Below, one piece after another: positions 19,015 through 30,158 of a DNA stretch of 64,000 bases. The notes below the pieces were generated by a model. That model ran no database searches. It was not told the DNA's origin and saw only the letters and a program-made list of their open reading frames with translations. Location of the stretch: positions 522,561 to 586,560 of the forward strand of contig CP066697.1 of NCBI GenBank assembly GCA_016432625.1, written 5' to 3'. How positions within the stretch are numbered: position 1 is the stretch's first letter; each line of letters opens with the position of its first letter. Made by a program: the position numbers and the translations under genes. Source of the DNA: Candidatus Berkelbacteria bacterium (GTDB lineage Bacteria > Patescibacteriota > UBA1384 > 2-12-FULL-50-11).

Positions 19015-20187
19015 CTATTTTGGAGCTTTTACTAGCTCTTCCAGGAATTCCTGATAGTCTTGGTCGTTCTTGAGTTCTTTTCCTTGCTCTTTAGCAACTT
19101 CCGCTAGCCCTAAACCGATACGAACTGACGATTCGGCGGCACGCGACCAATCCTCTTCGAGTTTCTCAAGAGTAGTATTGCGGCGCGCTAACCAGTCCTC
19201 GGGCTTGATACTACGTTCAGCCAAAAAGGCGGACCAAGCTTGTCGCGATCGATCTACTTCTGCCTTCAATAAACTACGCGGAATTGTGGTCTCAACCTTC
19301 TTGTCAAACTCCGAGAGCCATTTTGCCTTGCGCTGAGTTTGAGCCTCTTCTTCTTTATGACGCGCTAAATCCTCTTTGACTGCCTGACGCAGTTCGTCAA
19401 AAGTTTTGTGGCCGAATTTTTCGGCGAAGCTATTGTCCTGTGGCGGTAGAACTAGTCGAAAAACCTCATCTACCGTAGTTTCAAAATCAATCTTCTGACC
19501 GGCAAATTCTTTGTCAAAATGGTCTTTTGGGAACGTAACGGTAAATTTTTTACTATCACCACGACGGACCCCGATAAGATTATCTTCGAAACCTGGCACA
19601 ACCCCGCCTTGTCCAAGAACTAAGCCAAATTTAGAGGCAGCTAGCTTGTCTTTTCGAACACCGTTAATTGAACCAGTGAAGGTCACTTCCAACTTGTCGC
19701 CCTTTTCCGCGGGTTCGAGTTTGACTAGCGTTTGAGCATGCGCCCGGCCTAACGAATTAAGAACATCCGCCACTTCTACATCGGTAACTTCAGTCACAGG
19801 GAAGCTCTCAACTTTTATTTTGCGCCAGTCTTTGACTTTAACTTCTGGGCGAACGTCAAACAAGAAGATTAGCCGGCTCGCAGCGCCTTCCTCGAACTTC
19901 TCTACCTCAACGCTTGGATCCTCGATCGGCAAGACTTGGCTCTTCTCGGCAATTTCACTCCAGGCTTGTCTGGCCGCAAGAGCGTAGGCCTCTTCGCGCA
20001 AGTCCTCGGGTTTTAATTGGCTACGAATTACTTCTGCAGGCGCCTTTCCCGGTCGAAATCCAGCGACATTAGTCTTCGCTGCTAAGTTTTTTGACGCTTC
20101 AGTAAAGAACTCGACCGTTTCCGTCTCGTCAATCTCGACAACGTATTTAATGCGGCTGTAGGGTAATTTCTCGTGGCTAATTTTCAT
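19015..20187 (-). CDS. tig: Trigger factor
   Basis: GFRPGKAP ribosome-binding signature, FKBP-like PGFEDNLIG/VTFPKD. Confidence 0.95.
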   Translation of the reverse strand: MKISHEKLPYSRIKYVVEIDETETVEFFTEASKNLAAKTNVAGFRPGKAPAEVIRSQLKPEDLREEAYALAARQAWSEIAEKSQVLPIEDPSVEVEKFEEGAASRLIFLFDVRPEVKVKDWRKIKVESFPVTEVTDVEVADVLNSLGRAHAQTLVKLEPAEKGDKLEVTFTGSINGVRKDKLAASKFGLVLGQGGVVPGFEDNLIGVRRGDSKKFTVTFPKDHFDKEFAGQKIDFETTVDEVFRLVLPPQDNSFAEKFGHKTFDELRQAVKEDLARHKEEEAQTQRKAKWLSEFDKKVETTIPRSLLKAEVDRSRQAWSAFLAERSIKPEDWLARRNTTLEKLEEDWSRAAESSVRIGLGLAEVAKEQGKELKNDQDYQEFLEELVKAPK

Positions 20188-20314
20188 GAATTTTACTCTA
20201 CCTTAAATCAGGTTTAGTTGGAACGGTCATAGCGCCAAAAACTTTTCCTCAACAGGTTTGGCAATCTGGAGGTTATCCTGTTATGGTTAAAGCAATATTA
20301 ATGTAAGAGGAGGG

Positions 20315-23300
20315 ATGCGGCGCTTAGACGGAGTTTATTCCTTGGGGGTGGTACTAAGTAGCAAACCGGTGCGCCGAGTTGGTTTGTTGTTGACGTTGCT
20401 CGCTGTTGTCATCGGCATCACTGGCAGTGGTTTCCTACCGACCCTTACCCAAAGCCAAACTGGCTCTGCCTCAGGTGCCCGTCTTTGGTCAAGCGGCGCG
20501 GAGCTTAACTCGCTGACCGCAGATATGGAGATCACCAGTTCCTCTGGTACTACACCAACGATCGACTCAACCACGAAACGCTCTGGCGGCTACGCCTACC
20601 GAGCCAACACCTCGAGTAACACGGCGACGATCTATAAGACCTGGGCCAACTCGGCACAACAAAATAAATTTTGGTTCCGAGCTTATATACGTATTGCCAC
20701 CGCACCAGGAACGGAGATCGGAATTTTCCGGGCTGGAACAAGTACTAACAATAAAATTGGTGTCCGGATGAATTCGGATCGGTCGATCGAGCTTTGGAAT
20801 GAAGAAGATAACGCCATAATTGGTTCGGCAAGTTCGGTATTAGCCACCAATACTTGGTACCGCATTGAGCTTTACATCGACACAACTACCCTCAGCAGCG
20901 CTGTCGCCGATATGGAATTACGTTTGGATGGTGTTCAAGTCGCCTCATCAACCGACCGAACTCTAGATGCCGGTGTTGATCGCCTCACTTGGGGAGTGCT
21001 AACTTCAACAACTGCCGACCTCTATTTTGACGACATTGCCGTCAACGACTCAACCGGACGAACTGACAACTGGCCCGGCGAGGGCAAGATTGTTCACATG
21101 CAGCCAGATGCCACCGGCGATAATGAGCAATGGGACAACACTACTGAGGCCGGGTCACCTACTGAGTGTGACGCCGCTGGCGACCCTAACTGGCAGTGTG
21201 TCGATGAAATACCACCCGACAACTCGACCACCTATTCGGCAACAACGACTAACAATGAAATTGACGACTATAATATCGAGTCCTCCACTAGCGCTGGCTT
21301 GACTGCGAACGACTACGTCAGGCTTGTCTCGGTTGGCGTACGGTTCCGGGCTTGCGGCACTACCACAGAGGGTTTCGGTTGCGCAGCAGGTGAATCTAAC
21401 CAAGACCTTGTCGTCAGGCTGAAAGCAGCTGCCAGCGGCACCACAGACGAAGCAACAACCACGGTTCTTGACAGCGATACTACCTGGCGAACCAATGATG
21501 ACGATTCTGCGCAGCTCAACAAGATTACTGATTATGACCTACCTGGTACGAGTACCTCGCCTTGGACGACAACAGATTTAGATAGTAGTCAAATCGGTGT
21601 CAAAACGAACACTAATAACGGAGTTGGTATCAGAGCATCGGCAATTTGGCTCCAAGTCGAATACGTTCCTAATTTTGGTGGGCGACTTTTTTCCAGTGGT
21701 TTTGAGCTTAACTCGACCGTTGCCGACGAGGAATGGACAGCGACAACTAGCAGCCCTGCTATCAATTCCTCGACATTTCGCTCTGGTGCTTACGCTCTTG
21801 AAACCGAGAACGCTGGCGGTGCCGAATGGATTCGCTACAACTTCGCAACGAGCAACACGACCGGCGATTACTTCGTTAGGGCCTATCTACGAATCGCTAC
21901 CGGGTTCGATTCAAGTGATGTCACTGTGTTGTCGATTCTCAACACTACTAACTCACGAAAGGCTTACATCAAGTTGACTGCATCTGAGACTTTGACACTC
22001 CACGATGAAGACGGCGCCATAGGTTCGGCATCTTCGACGCTTTCAACGGGCGTCTGGTACCGGGTTGAGTTGAAACTTGTTTGTGGCACTGCTTGCGATG
22101 ACGGTAACGACGAAGTTGACGGTCGACTTGACGGCGTGTCATTTGCTTCCTCAACCACACGTGACATAACTGCTGGGGGTGCGGCTCGGCTAGGTTTGGG
22201 CCTACACGCCAGTGACGACGCCGAGTCAACAACCAATACCGTTGGTGATTTAATTTGGGACGATGTAGCGTTAAACAAAAATCAAGGCTCATACCAAAAC
22301 ACCTGGCCTGGCGCGGGGAAGATTATCCACCTTAGACCGAATGCAACTGGTGACAACTCTGAAACTTGGGCTTCGGCTGGTTCGGAGACGACTACTTGTG
22401 ACGACGCCGCGGACGCCAACTGGCAGTGTCTTGATGAAATCACACCTGACGAAGCGACGAGTTATGTCGAAGAAACTACAACCGGGGATTACGAGGACTT
22501 TAACCTTGATGCTTCGCCAATCGGTGCCTCGGACACAGTGAACGTCGTTCATGTTGGCGCGCGTTTCCGAACTAGTTCGGCAACCCAGGAAGATTTCAAA
22601 GTCCGGATTAAAGATAATACTAGCGCCGTACCGATCGAATCAGATACGCTCTCGCCTGCTTCAACGACCTGGGTCAGTAACCGCACAGCCGCGCCCTATC
22701 AATACCCGCTAACGGCTTATACCAGGCCCGAGCAAGAAACAGCCTGGACCGATACACAGCTTGATACGGCCCAAATAGGCGTTCGCGACATTGCCGGCTC
22801 AGGCACTGTCCAGGTTTCGACGCTTTGGCTATTAGTTGACTACACCCCTCCAGAAATAACAATCTCCGGCTCCTGCGATCAGTACGATCAAACAACCGAC
22901 TGCACCGATGACGGTTCTAACGAAATCGCCGTCGCCGTAAACGGCACGATTCAAACCGGCAAGGTGGATGCGACTGTCGACGGCGCTTGGGCAATTTCCG
23001 GCGTAACTCAGCCGGTAATAAATGATATTGTCACTGTTTTCATCAACGGCGAGGCAACCGATGATGAAGAGGCCGTAGCAGTTACAAAATACGACGGCAC
23101 TGGCGACATCACCGGCATTCAACTTTTTTGGCGACACCTATCCATTGGCTCCGTCGACAACCAGACGCTCAGTAACACTGATCTTAGTCAGTACGATAAC
23201 TCGGTCTCTGCCGATGAAGATATCTTTTTCGACGTTTCAGCCGGCGATGACCTGACGGTCGATTCGCTCGGATCATATACCGATGAGGAGCTTTATATCG

Positions 23301-26300
23301 CTGCCGGTGATACTTTCCGTCCTGCCTCCGGTGGCGGCGCTGATGTTACCACAATGCACGTCGAGAACGACGGTACCTGGACTGCCGATGGAAATGTCGT
23401 AACGGTGAACGGCAACTGGCAGAACGACTCTGTCTTTTCTTCCGGCACTAGTACGGTGACCTTCAACACCAGCGTAACCGGCAGAACTCTGAGTGGCACC
23501 CTAAGTGGTGTGAATGGCAAGTTTTATAATATCGACTTTACGACTGCCGAAGGGACTGCCACCGACGATTGGGAGATCCAAGCGGCGGTTGAAGCGGCAA
23601 ATGATTTCACGCTATCCGCCGGCAACATCGACACAAACAACAATGCCGTTACCGTAACGCGAGACCTCACTCTCACTAACGCGCTTAATACCGACTTCGC
23701 CGCCGGTTCTTCAACGATTACTGTTTCGCGTCACTTCAATGACACGGGCGACAAGTACACCCATAGTACTGATACGTTAGTGATGGCTGGGACTGGGACG
23801 TTCACGGTCGCCAACAACAGTCAGTTCTATAACGTCCACCTTGGACCGTCTGGCTTTACTACGACGCTGTCGCTCAACGATTGGGATGTAAATAATGTTC
23901 TAACGTTTAACGGCGGCACTGTCGCTGGTGGCGGTGGCAGTTGGATCGACCTTCATTGTTCGGGAACGTGCACACCGGTAGTTTTCGCGTCGGCCACTAC
24001 CCTGAATAGCAGCCGCGACCTTATCTTCCGAACCAACTCAGCTAGCAGCGTCCTCACTATTACGGGGGCAAACTACGGTAGTTGGGGAATTGTCAATTAT
24101 GCCGCGACTGGTAACGGCTCAACGTTTCAGCTAGGCGGCAACATCACCACAACGTCTTTTGGCCCGAGGCTAGAGGCAACCAACGGCATAACGGGCAGCA
24201 TTTTTACTACTACGGCTAGTAATTACTCGATCACCTCGTCATCAATGCGCATCGCGCCGTGTACTCCCGCAAGAACTGGCTCGTGGACAGCAAGCCTTAA
24301 TGATTCTGTCATAGCGCTATCGAGCACGAGCGATGCGCTCTATGTTGGAACGGACTGCGGTTCTCATACCCTCAATCTCAATACTTCGGACGTGACAGTT
24401 TCTGGTAACGTCAAATTCGTGAACGGTACCGGTACGATTACTGTTGATCCTGGCACATCCGATTTCCGCTTTACTCCACCGACCGCTGCGGTCAAAACCT
24501 ACTCACCGAACGGACAGGCGCTCTATAACGTCTATATCAACGGCGCCACAAGTACCGCTGATGTGCAACCCGATGCAGCGGCGCAAATTAATAACGACCT
24601 CACCATGACCAATGGCCGACTTGTAGGCACACAAAACATCACCGTCAACGGCCACGTCCAAGGAACCGCAGGTGAGATCAATTTAACCAGTGGAACTTTC
24701 ACCCAACGCGTTTCGGCTAATAAAAATTTTGGTACGACTAGCGGCTCAACAGCTTGGACGTTTTCTTCCTTGACGTTCTCTAACTCGCACGCCTCAGCTG
24801 GAATTACCGTCACAACCCAGACTGGTGGTACAGGAGGAATCACCGTTACCACCCTGCTTAAAATTGGGTCAAGTGGAGATGCGGCAGGCGCCACAACGAC
24901 TCTAGATGCCGGTAACCGTACTTGGACTCTTTCTGGCAATGCCACCACCGGCATTCCGTTCGAAATCCTCGCTTCTCCGGCTGGCGTGCTAACGGCTAAC
25001 GTGTCGACATTTACCTACACAGGTAACATAGGCCTGGGTAATATGACAGTCCAAGCCGCGACCTACTACAACTTAGACATAAACCGTAACGGCGAAATTT
25101 TTGTCCTCGAGGGGACGACGAACGCCGGCAACGACTTAACCATCACCAACGGTACGCTCGACACGACAGCGTCAAACCATGGTATGAGTATTACCCGCGA
25201 CGTCCTAATAGCTAATACGGCGGGTGCTACTTTCCGGGCTAGAGGTTCGACTATCACCGTCTCCCGCGACTGGTCAAAAGGACTGAACGGAACTTTCACT
25301 CGCGACAGTTCGACCGTTCAGCTTAACGGTGACGGTCAAATCCTGACTGTCGGCGGCGGCCAAACCCAATTCGAAAACTTAACAGTGGCGTATAACACCA
25401 AAACGACGACGATGGCGACTGCCAGAACCGACGTGTTTGGAGTTCTAACTATAGGCGATGCAAGCGGCGGCACGATGACTTGCTCGGTAACATGTGAATT
25501 CGAGCTCTTTAGGACTGCTGGGGCTGATCTAGTCATCGGCACCGGAGCAACACTTTCTGGTTCAAATGCGACTTTTCAGCTACGCAAACAGAGCGCCGCG
25601 ACAGTGACTGTGACCGGCGCGACAAACTACGGCACCTGGAATATTCTGATGCGCGCCAACGTCTCTGCTGGAGGGTTGGTAACGTATAACGTTGGTGGCA
25701 ACATTACGACCAATGGCTATATTCAAGTCAAGGCAGATACGCTTAGTACCGCAACGTTTAACACCCAAAACTTCACAATCAATGCCGACAAGTGGATTCA
25801 GGGTGACTCTACTGACAACAGCGCCACAACTTCTAACTGGGGCTCGAGCACAGCTACCTTCGATCTTGCCAGTGCCGCCGACACCTTTTACGTAAGTTCA
25901 AACGGAGGGGCACAGGTGGCCAACTTCCAAACTGCTTCCATTTCAGCAACCGGACACGTTAAGTTCGTCAACGGTACCGGCACCTTAGCCGTTGATGACG
26001 GTACTTCCACTTTTACATTTGCTCCGACGACTGGCACATCAACATACTCACCAAACGGCCAGACACTTTACAACGTTATCGTTAACGGTGCTGCAACCGT
26101 GCAGCCCGACGCCGCAGTCGTCGTCGCAAACGATTTAACAATGACGGCCGGGACACTTAACGGAACCCAAAATATCACCGTCAACGGCAATGTCGCTGGA
26201 ACGGCCGGAATCATCAGCTTAACGGGTGGGACGTTCGAGCAGCGTCTATTGGCTAATGTTGGGAAAAACTTTGGAACTACTTCGGGGTCAACTGCCTGGA

Positions 26301-29300
26301 CTTTCAATGACCTTACTTTCTCTAGCGCAGCAGTGTTCGACACTTGGCAAACAATTACCACCCAAACCGGCGGCAGTGGCGGGATCACTGTAAGCGCCGT
26401 TATGAGAGTCAACCGAGCCGCCGGTGCCAACGACAACGACGGTATTATCTTGACAGGCGGCAATCGAACTTGGACGCTCTCGGGAGCGAGCGGAATTCCT
26501 CTCCGAATGGAGACAACTGATTTCGGTGGCTTTATTGGTCAGATTAACCCGGGCACTTCGACTTTTACGTTCACCGGTGACTACCCACTTGGGAACACAA
26601 CGGTCGAGCAAAACCCTAACGGTAGCTCCACTGGGTACTACAACCTCGATATCAATAACTCCTCCGAAACGTACGTGCTTGAGGGCAATACAACTGTTGG
26701 CAACGACTTGACGGTGACCAACGGGGCGCTATCAACCACTGGCTCAAATCATTCTCTTACGGTCACTCGCGACTTAACACTTGCCAATACTGCTGGAGTT
26801 GGACTCACAGGTAACGGCTCGACAATTACCGTCTCGCGCAACTGGACGGATTTGGGCGGTAAATTCACTCCGGGTACATCAACAGTCACGCTAAATGGCA
26901 CAGGAGCAATCGACCTTTCTACGGGATTTGAGTTCTATAACTTGAATCTCGCTTACTCGACGTTCACGACTACTCTACCAGCTTCAAAGACAATTAATGT
27001 CGAGAGTGTCGTAACGCTAAATGGTGGCACCCTCTCCGGTAGCTCATCAGTACTAACCCCCAGACCACGAGTTTCTAGTAAGCCTCTTGTCGTTAACTCC
27101 ACAACAGCTTTCACTGGTAGTGGATTCAATATAATCTCGTGGACCGGATACAACGCCAGTCTGACACTGACGGTTGACGGCGATAACTACAGTCATAGTA
27201 GCTGGAACCTCTTTTTCGCTGGCACAACCAATGACACCACATTCCAACTTGACGCAGGATTAACCACTTCAACAGAGGTGCGTGTGTACGCTGGGGGCGT
27301 AATAACTGGCACTGCCTTCAACACCGCCAATAACGCAATGACGTTATCTGGCTTTCGGCTTGGATCAGGCGGCGCTACTCAAACGGTTTCGGCTAACTTT
27401 GGCTCTTCAACTATATCGTTTACGGGTACCGGTAACACTCTCTACCCGGAAAGTACGGGCGGGACATACAACCTCGATCTAGGCACTTCTTCAATCACAA
27501 CGACTGGTGACGTTCGATTTATTAATACCAGCGGCACGATCACAGTCACCGAAGGCACTTCAACCGTTACCTTCACGCCGGCCGCTTCGGCCACCAGAAC
27601 TTATGCCCCGAATGCCCAATCGCTGTACCACGTCATTATAAATGGCGGCAATGATGCCGCCGAAGTTGACCTAACTGGAAACGCTGACTTTAACGGCAAT
27701 CTGACTGTCAGCGGCGGCCGGTTAGATACGATCACAGGTTCCGAGTACTCAATTGACGCCTTTGACGTTACTCAGTCGGGTACTGCGGCGATTAAAGCCA
27801 ACGCCGCGACAATTACTGTGCGGGGCAACTGGGTTAGTAACGCCACATGGAACTCAAATATCGGTACTTCAACTGTGGTATTTACTGGGGTCTCTAAATC
27901 TATCGACACATCGGGTAGCGGTGGATCGACGCGTCACTTTTATAAACTGACAATCAACTCAGGCGCCTCGATCAATCTTGCTGGTACAGAACTTGTTAAT
28001 ACCGACAGCGATGTCAACGTCCAAGGAACATTCAATATCACTTCTGCCTGCGGTAACGGCGTCTTTTACTACGGTGGAACAGGAACGACCCTAACGGTTG
28101 GTGCCTCGGGAGTCCTTGGTGGCAGCGGCGGTTGCTTTACCCTTATGACTGCTACGCCAACCTACTCATTTGCCGGATCAATTACGACCTCAAATTTTCG
28201 ATTCCAGATTACAACTTCAACAACGATTCCCGCTTATACATACGGCGGCAACCTCTATTTTCGGCCAACCAGTGGTAGCCCAACCTACACGATAGGAGCC
28301 GGAACGATGACCTTAACGAGCTCCTGGACTAACGAGAATACTGGCGCTGGCACACTGACGGTCGACAATACTGTCAATAATACGAACTTCACTGCGGGTA
28401 ATGCGTTTAACGCCCTATCGAGTTCTGGTTCGTATTCCTTCCTGATGGGCTCCGCTACTTACGATATTAACGGCGCCTGGAACGATGCGGACTCGGCCAG
28501 CTTCACTAATGGCACGTCGACAGTTCTGCTAAGTGGCACGGGCACACAAACTGTCAGTCGGGCTAGTGGCGCTAACACATTCTATAACCTACAAATCACT
28601 AACAGCTCTGGCGCTTCAGCATCGGACTGTGAGCGAACCGGTTTCACTGCCTCTGTCGATTTTGCTAACGACGTGACAGTAACCAATAATTTGACCTTCA
28701 CAACTGCCAACACCAGGGTTGAGTTCGATGATGCCAATACCTACACATTTAACAACATTAACTGGAATGGGCAGGCCGGTGGCACTCGCGTCTACTTCCG
28801 CAACAGCGCCGTTAGTGGCTCGTGGAACTTAAACGTCTCGGGCACACAGACAGCCGTAAGCTACGTTAATGTTTCAAGGTCAAACGCTTCAAGCGGTAAC
28901 ACCATTGGTGCGTCTAACGGCACGAATATAGACTGTGGTAATAACGTTAACTGGAGTTTTGCAAACCCGAGCTCACCGACTAATCTGGCGCAAAAGAAAA
29001 CTGACGACACGGTCATCACTACCGGCGGTTGGACCAACGAGCTCTCGGTTAAATTTACCGCTGATATTTCTGACGGGGACAACCCGGCGACAATTCAGCT
29101 CTGTGTCGAGCGCGACATTTTAGGAGTCTTGTTCAGTAATACTGAAGATTCTTGTGGCGCAACGGTTGCCTATTCCGGAACGCCGGTAGCAGCAAGCGTT
29201 ACAATCAGTGTCACCGATACAAACGAATACCACTGGCAAGCCAGGGTTAAAGACTCTGGGGGCGCCTACTCAGGCTGGGTTAGTTACGGCGGTAACGGCG

Positions 29301-30157
29301 AAGGCGAGCGAGACTTTGGTGTCGACACGACTGCCTGTACGTACGGTGGACTAGTATACGATGGCACAGTCGAAGACGTAGATGCCGATTTCAATGACGG
29401 ATCAGTAAGCGCCCTGTCATCGAACTGGGATGCCTTTACTTGCACCGTCTCCGGGCTAAATAAATATCAGTACTCCATCGGCACAACCGTCGGCGGTACT
29501 GATATTAAGGGCTGGACAGACAATAGTACGACCGAATCTGTAACAGCAAGTTCTCTGAACCTGCATACCAATCAGCGCTACTACTTCAATGTCAGGGCGG
29601 TTGATAACGCCAACAATACTTCCAGCCCTACTTCCTCAAACGGCCAAGACGTTCTGCCAACCCTCACTTTCACACTTGGCTCGACCACTTTAACTTTTAA
29701 TAACCTGAACGACAGCAATAACCGTCAAGACGGCGAGACCTTAACTATTACCACCAGTACCAACGCCTACGGCGGTTATGTTGTGCGCCAGTATGCTACC
29801 GGGCTGCTGACTAACGGTACATTCACTATCCCGATGTTCCAGGGAGGCACTTACGCCTCGCCGGGCGCTTGGCCGGCCGGATTCTGTACCGGCGGCTCAA
29901 CTTGTGGCTACGGCTACACCTCTAATGACTCGACAATTCAGGGCGCCGATAAGTTTAATGGCGGCTTACTGTACGCCGCGCTCTCGATGACGGCATTCGG
30001 CGATATTATCGCTGACCATACTGACGCCGTAACGGGTGGCACTGGGGCAGTCGTAAATGAGCAGTACACTATTACTCATCGCGTTGCCGTTGACGCCCTG
30101 CAGGAGGCCAAAACTTATCAAACCGAAGTTCTCTATATCGTAACGGGAACATTCTAA
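20315..30157 (+). CDS. Giant secreted adhesin-like protein A (3280 aa)
   Basis: Signal/anchor; tandem ~401-aa head with LamG/ConA-like WYRIEL motif; Thr/Gly/Asn-rich beta-helix-like stalk; FN3-like YYFNVRAVD; C-terminal pilin/WxL-like domain ending AKTYQTEVLYIVTGTF. Confidence 0.85.
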   Translation: MRRLDGVYSLGVVLSSKPVRRVGLLLTLLAVVIGITGSGFLPTLTQSQTGSASGARLWSSGAELNSLTADMEITSSSGTTPTIDSTTKRSGGYAYRANTSSNTATIYKTWANSAQQNKFWFRAYIRIATAPGTEIGIFRAGTSTNNKIGVRMNSDRSIELWNEEDNAIIGSASSVLATNTWYRIELYIDTTTLSSAVADMELRLDGVQVASSTDRTLDAGVDRLTWGVLTSTTADLYFDDIAVNDSTGRTDNWPGEGKIVHMQPDATGDNEQWDNTTEAGSPTECDAAGDPNWQCVDEIPPDNSTTYSATTTNNEIDDYNIESSTSAGLTANDYVRLVSVGVRFRACGTTTEGFGCAAGESNQDLVVRLKAAASGTTDEATTTVLDSDTTWRTNDDDSAQLNKITDYDLPGTSTSPWTTTDLDSSQIGVKTNTNNGVGIRASAIWLQVEYVPNFGGRLFSSGFELNSTVADEEWTATTSSPAINSSTFRSGAYALETENAGGAEWIRYNFATSNTTGDYFVRAYLRIATGFDSSDVTVLSILNTTNSRKAYIKLTASETLTLHDEDGAIGSASSTLSTGVWYRVELKLVCGTACDDGNDEVDGRLDGVSFASSTTRDITAGGAARLGLGLHASDDAESTTNTVGDLIWDDVALNKNQGSYQNTWPGAGKIIHLRPNATGDNSETWASAGSETTTCDDAADANWQCLDEITPDEATSYVEETTTGDYEDFNLDASPIGASDTVNVVHVGARFRTSSATQEDFKVRIKDNTSAVPIESDTLSPASTTWVSNRTAAPYQYPLTAYTRPEQETAWTDTQLDTAQIGVRDIAGSGTVQVSTLWLLVDYTPPEITISGSCDQYDQTTDCTDDGSNEIAVAVNGTIQTGKVDATVDGAWAISGVTQPVINDIVTVFINGEATDDEEAVAVTKYDGTGDITGIQLFWRHLSIGSVDNQTLSNTDLSQYDNSVSADEDIFFDVSAGDDLTVDSLGSYTDEELYIAAGDTFRPASGGGADVTTMHVENDGTWTADGNVVTVNGNWQNDSVFSSGTSTVTFNTSVTGRTLSGTLSGVNGKFYNIDFTTAEGTATDDWEIQAAVEAANDFTLSAGNIDTNNNAVTVTRDLTLTNALNTDFAAGSSTITVSRHFNDTGDKYTHSTDTLVMAGTGTFTVANNSQFYNVHLGPSGFTTTLSLNDWDVNNVLTFNGGTVAGGGGSWIDLHCSGTCTPVVFASATTLNSSRDLIFRTNSASSVLTITGANYGSWGIVNYAATGNGSTFQLGGNITTTSFGPRLEATNGITGSIFTTTASNYSITSSSMRIAPCTPARTGSWTASLNDSVIALSSTSDALYVGTDCGSHTLNLNTSDVTVSGNVKFVNGTGTITVDPGTSDFRFTPPTAAVKTYSPNGQALYNVYINGATSTADVQPDAAAQINNDLTMTNGRLVGTQNITVNGHVQGTAGEINLTSGTFTQRVSANKNFGTTSGSTAWTFSSLTFSNSHASAGITVTTQTGGTGGITVTTLLKIGSSGDAAGATTTLDAGNRTWTLSGNATTGIPFEILASPAGVLTANVSTFTYTGNIGLGNMTVQAATYYNLDINRNGEIFVLEGTTNAGNDLTITNGTLDTTASNHGMSITRDVLIANTAGATFRARGSTITVSRDWSKGLNGTFTRDSSTVQLNGDGQILTVGGGQTQFENLTVAYNTKTTTMATARTDVFGVLTIGDASGGTMTCSVTCEFELFRTAGADLVIGTGATLSGSNATFQLRKQSAATVTVTGATNYGTWNILMRANVSAGGLVTYNVGGNITTNGYIQVKADTLSTATFNTQNFTINADKWIQGDSTDNSATTSNWGSSTATFDLASAADTFYVSSNGGAQVANFQTASISATGHVKFVNGTGTLAVDDGTSTFTFAPTTGTSTYSPNGQTLYNVIVNGAATVQPDAAVVVANDLTMTAGTLNGTQNITVNGNVAGTAGIISLTGGTFEQRLLANVGKNFGTTSGSTAWTFNDLTFSSAAVFDTWQTITTQTGGSGGITVSAVMRVNRAAGANDNDGIILTGGNRTWTLSGASGIPLRMETTDFGGFIGQINPGTSTFTFTGDYPLGNTTVEQNPNGSSTGYYNLDINNSSETYVLEGNTTVGNDLTVTNGALSTTGSNHSLTVTRDLTLANTAGVGLTGNGSTITVSRNWTDLGGKFTPGTSTVTLNGTGAIDLSTGFEFYNLNLAYSTFTTTLPASKTINVESVVTLNGGTLSGSSSVLTPRPRVSSKPLVVNSTTAFTGSGFNIISWTGYNASLTLTVDGDNYSHSSWNLFFAGTTNDTTFQLDAGLTTSTEVRVYAGGVITGTAFNTANNAMTLSGFRLGSGGATQTVSANFGSSTISFTGTGNTLYPESTGGTYNLDLGTSSITTTGDVRFINTSGTITVTEGTSTVTFTPAASATRTYAPNAQSLYHVIINGGNDAAEVDLTGNADFNGNLTVSGGRLDTITGSEYSIDAFDVTQSGTAAIKANAATITVRGNWVSNATWNSNIGTSTVVFTGVSKSIDTSGSGGSTRHFYKLTINSGASINLAGTELVNTDSDVNVQGTFNITSACGNGVFYYGGTGTTLTVGASGVLGGSGGCFTLMTATPTYSFAGSITTSNFRFQITTSTTIPAYTYGGNLYFRPTSGSPTYTIGAGTMTLTSSWTNENTGAGTLTVDNTVNNTNFTAGNAFNALSSSGSYSFLMGSATYDINGAWNDADSASFTNGTSTVLLSGTGTQTVSRASGANTFYNLQITNSSGASASDCERTGFTASVDFANDVTVTNNLTFTTANTRVEFDDANTYTFNNINWNGQAGGTRVYFRNSAVSGSWNLNVSGTQTAVSYVNVSRSNASSGNTIGASNGTNIDCGNNVNWSFANPSSPTNLAQKKTDDTVITTGGWTNELSVKFTADISDGDNPATIQLCVERDILGVLFSNTEDSCGATVAYSGTPVAASVTISVTDTNEYHWQARVKDSGGAYSGWVSYGGNGEGERDFGVDTTACTYGGLVYDGTVEDVDADFNDGSVSALSSNWDAFTCTVSGLNKYQYSIGTTVGGTDIKGWTDNSTTESVTASSLNLHTNQRYYFNVRAVDNANNTSSPTSSNGQDVLPTLTFTLGSTTLTFNNLNDSNNRQDGETLTITTSTNAYGGYVVRQYATGLLTNGTFTIPMFQGGTYASPGAWPAGFCTGGSTCGYGYTSNDSTIQGADKFNGGLLYAALSMTAFGDIIADHTDAVTGGTGAVVNEQYTITHRVAVDALQEAKTYQTEVLYIVTGTF

Positions 30158-30158
30158 G

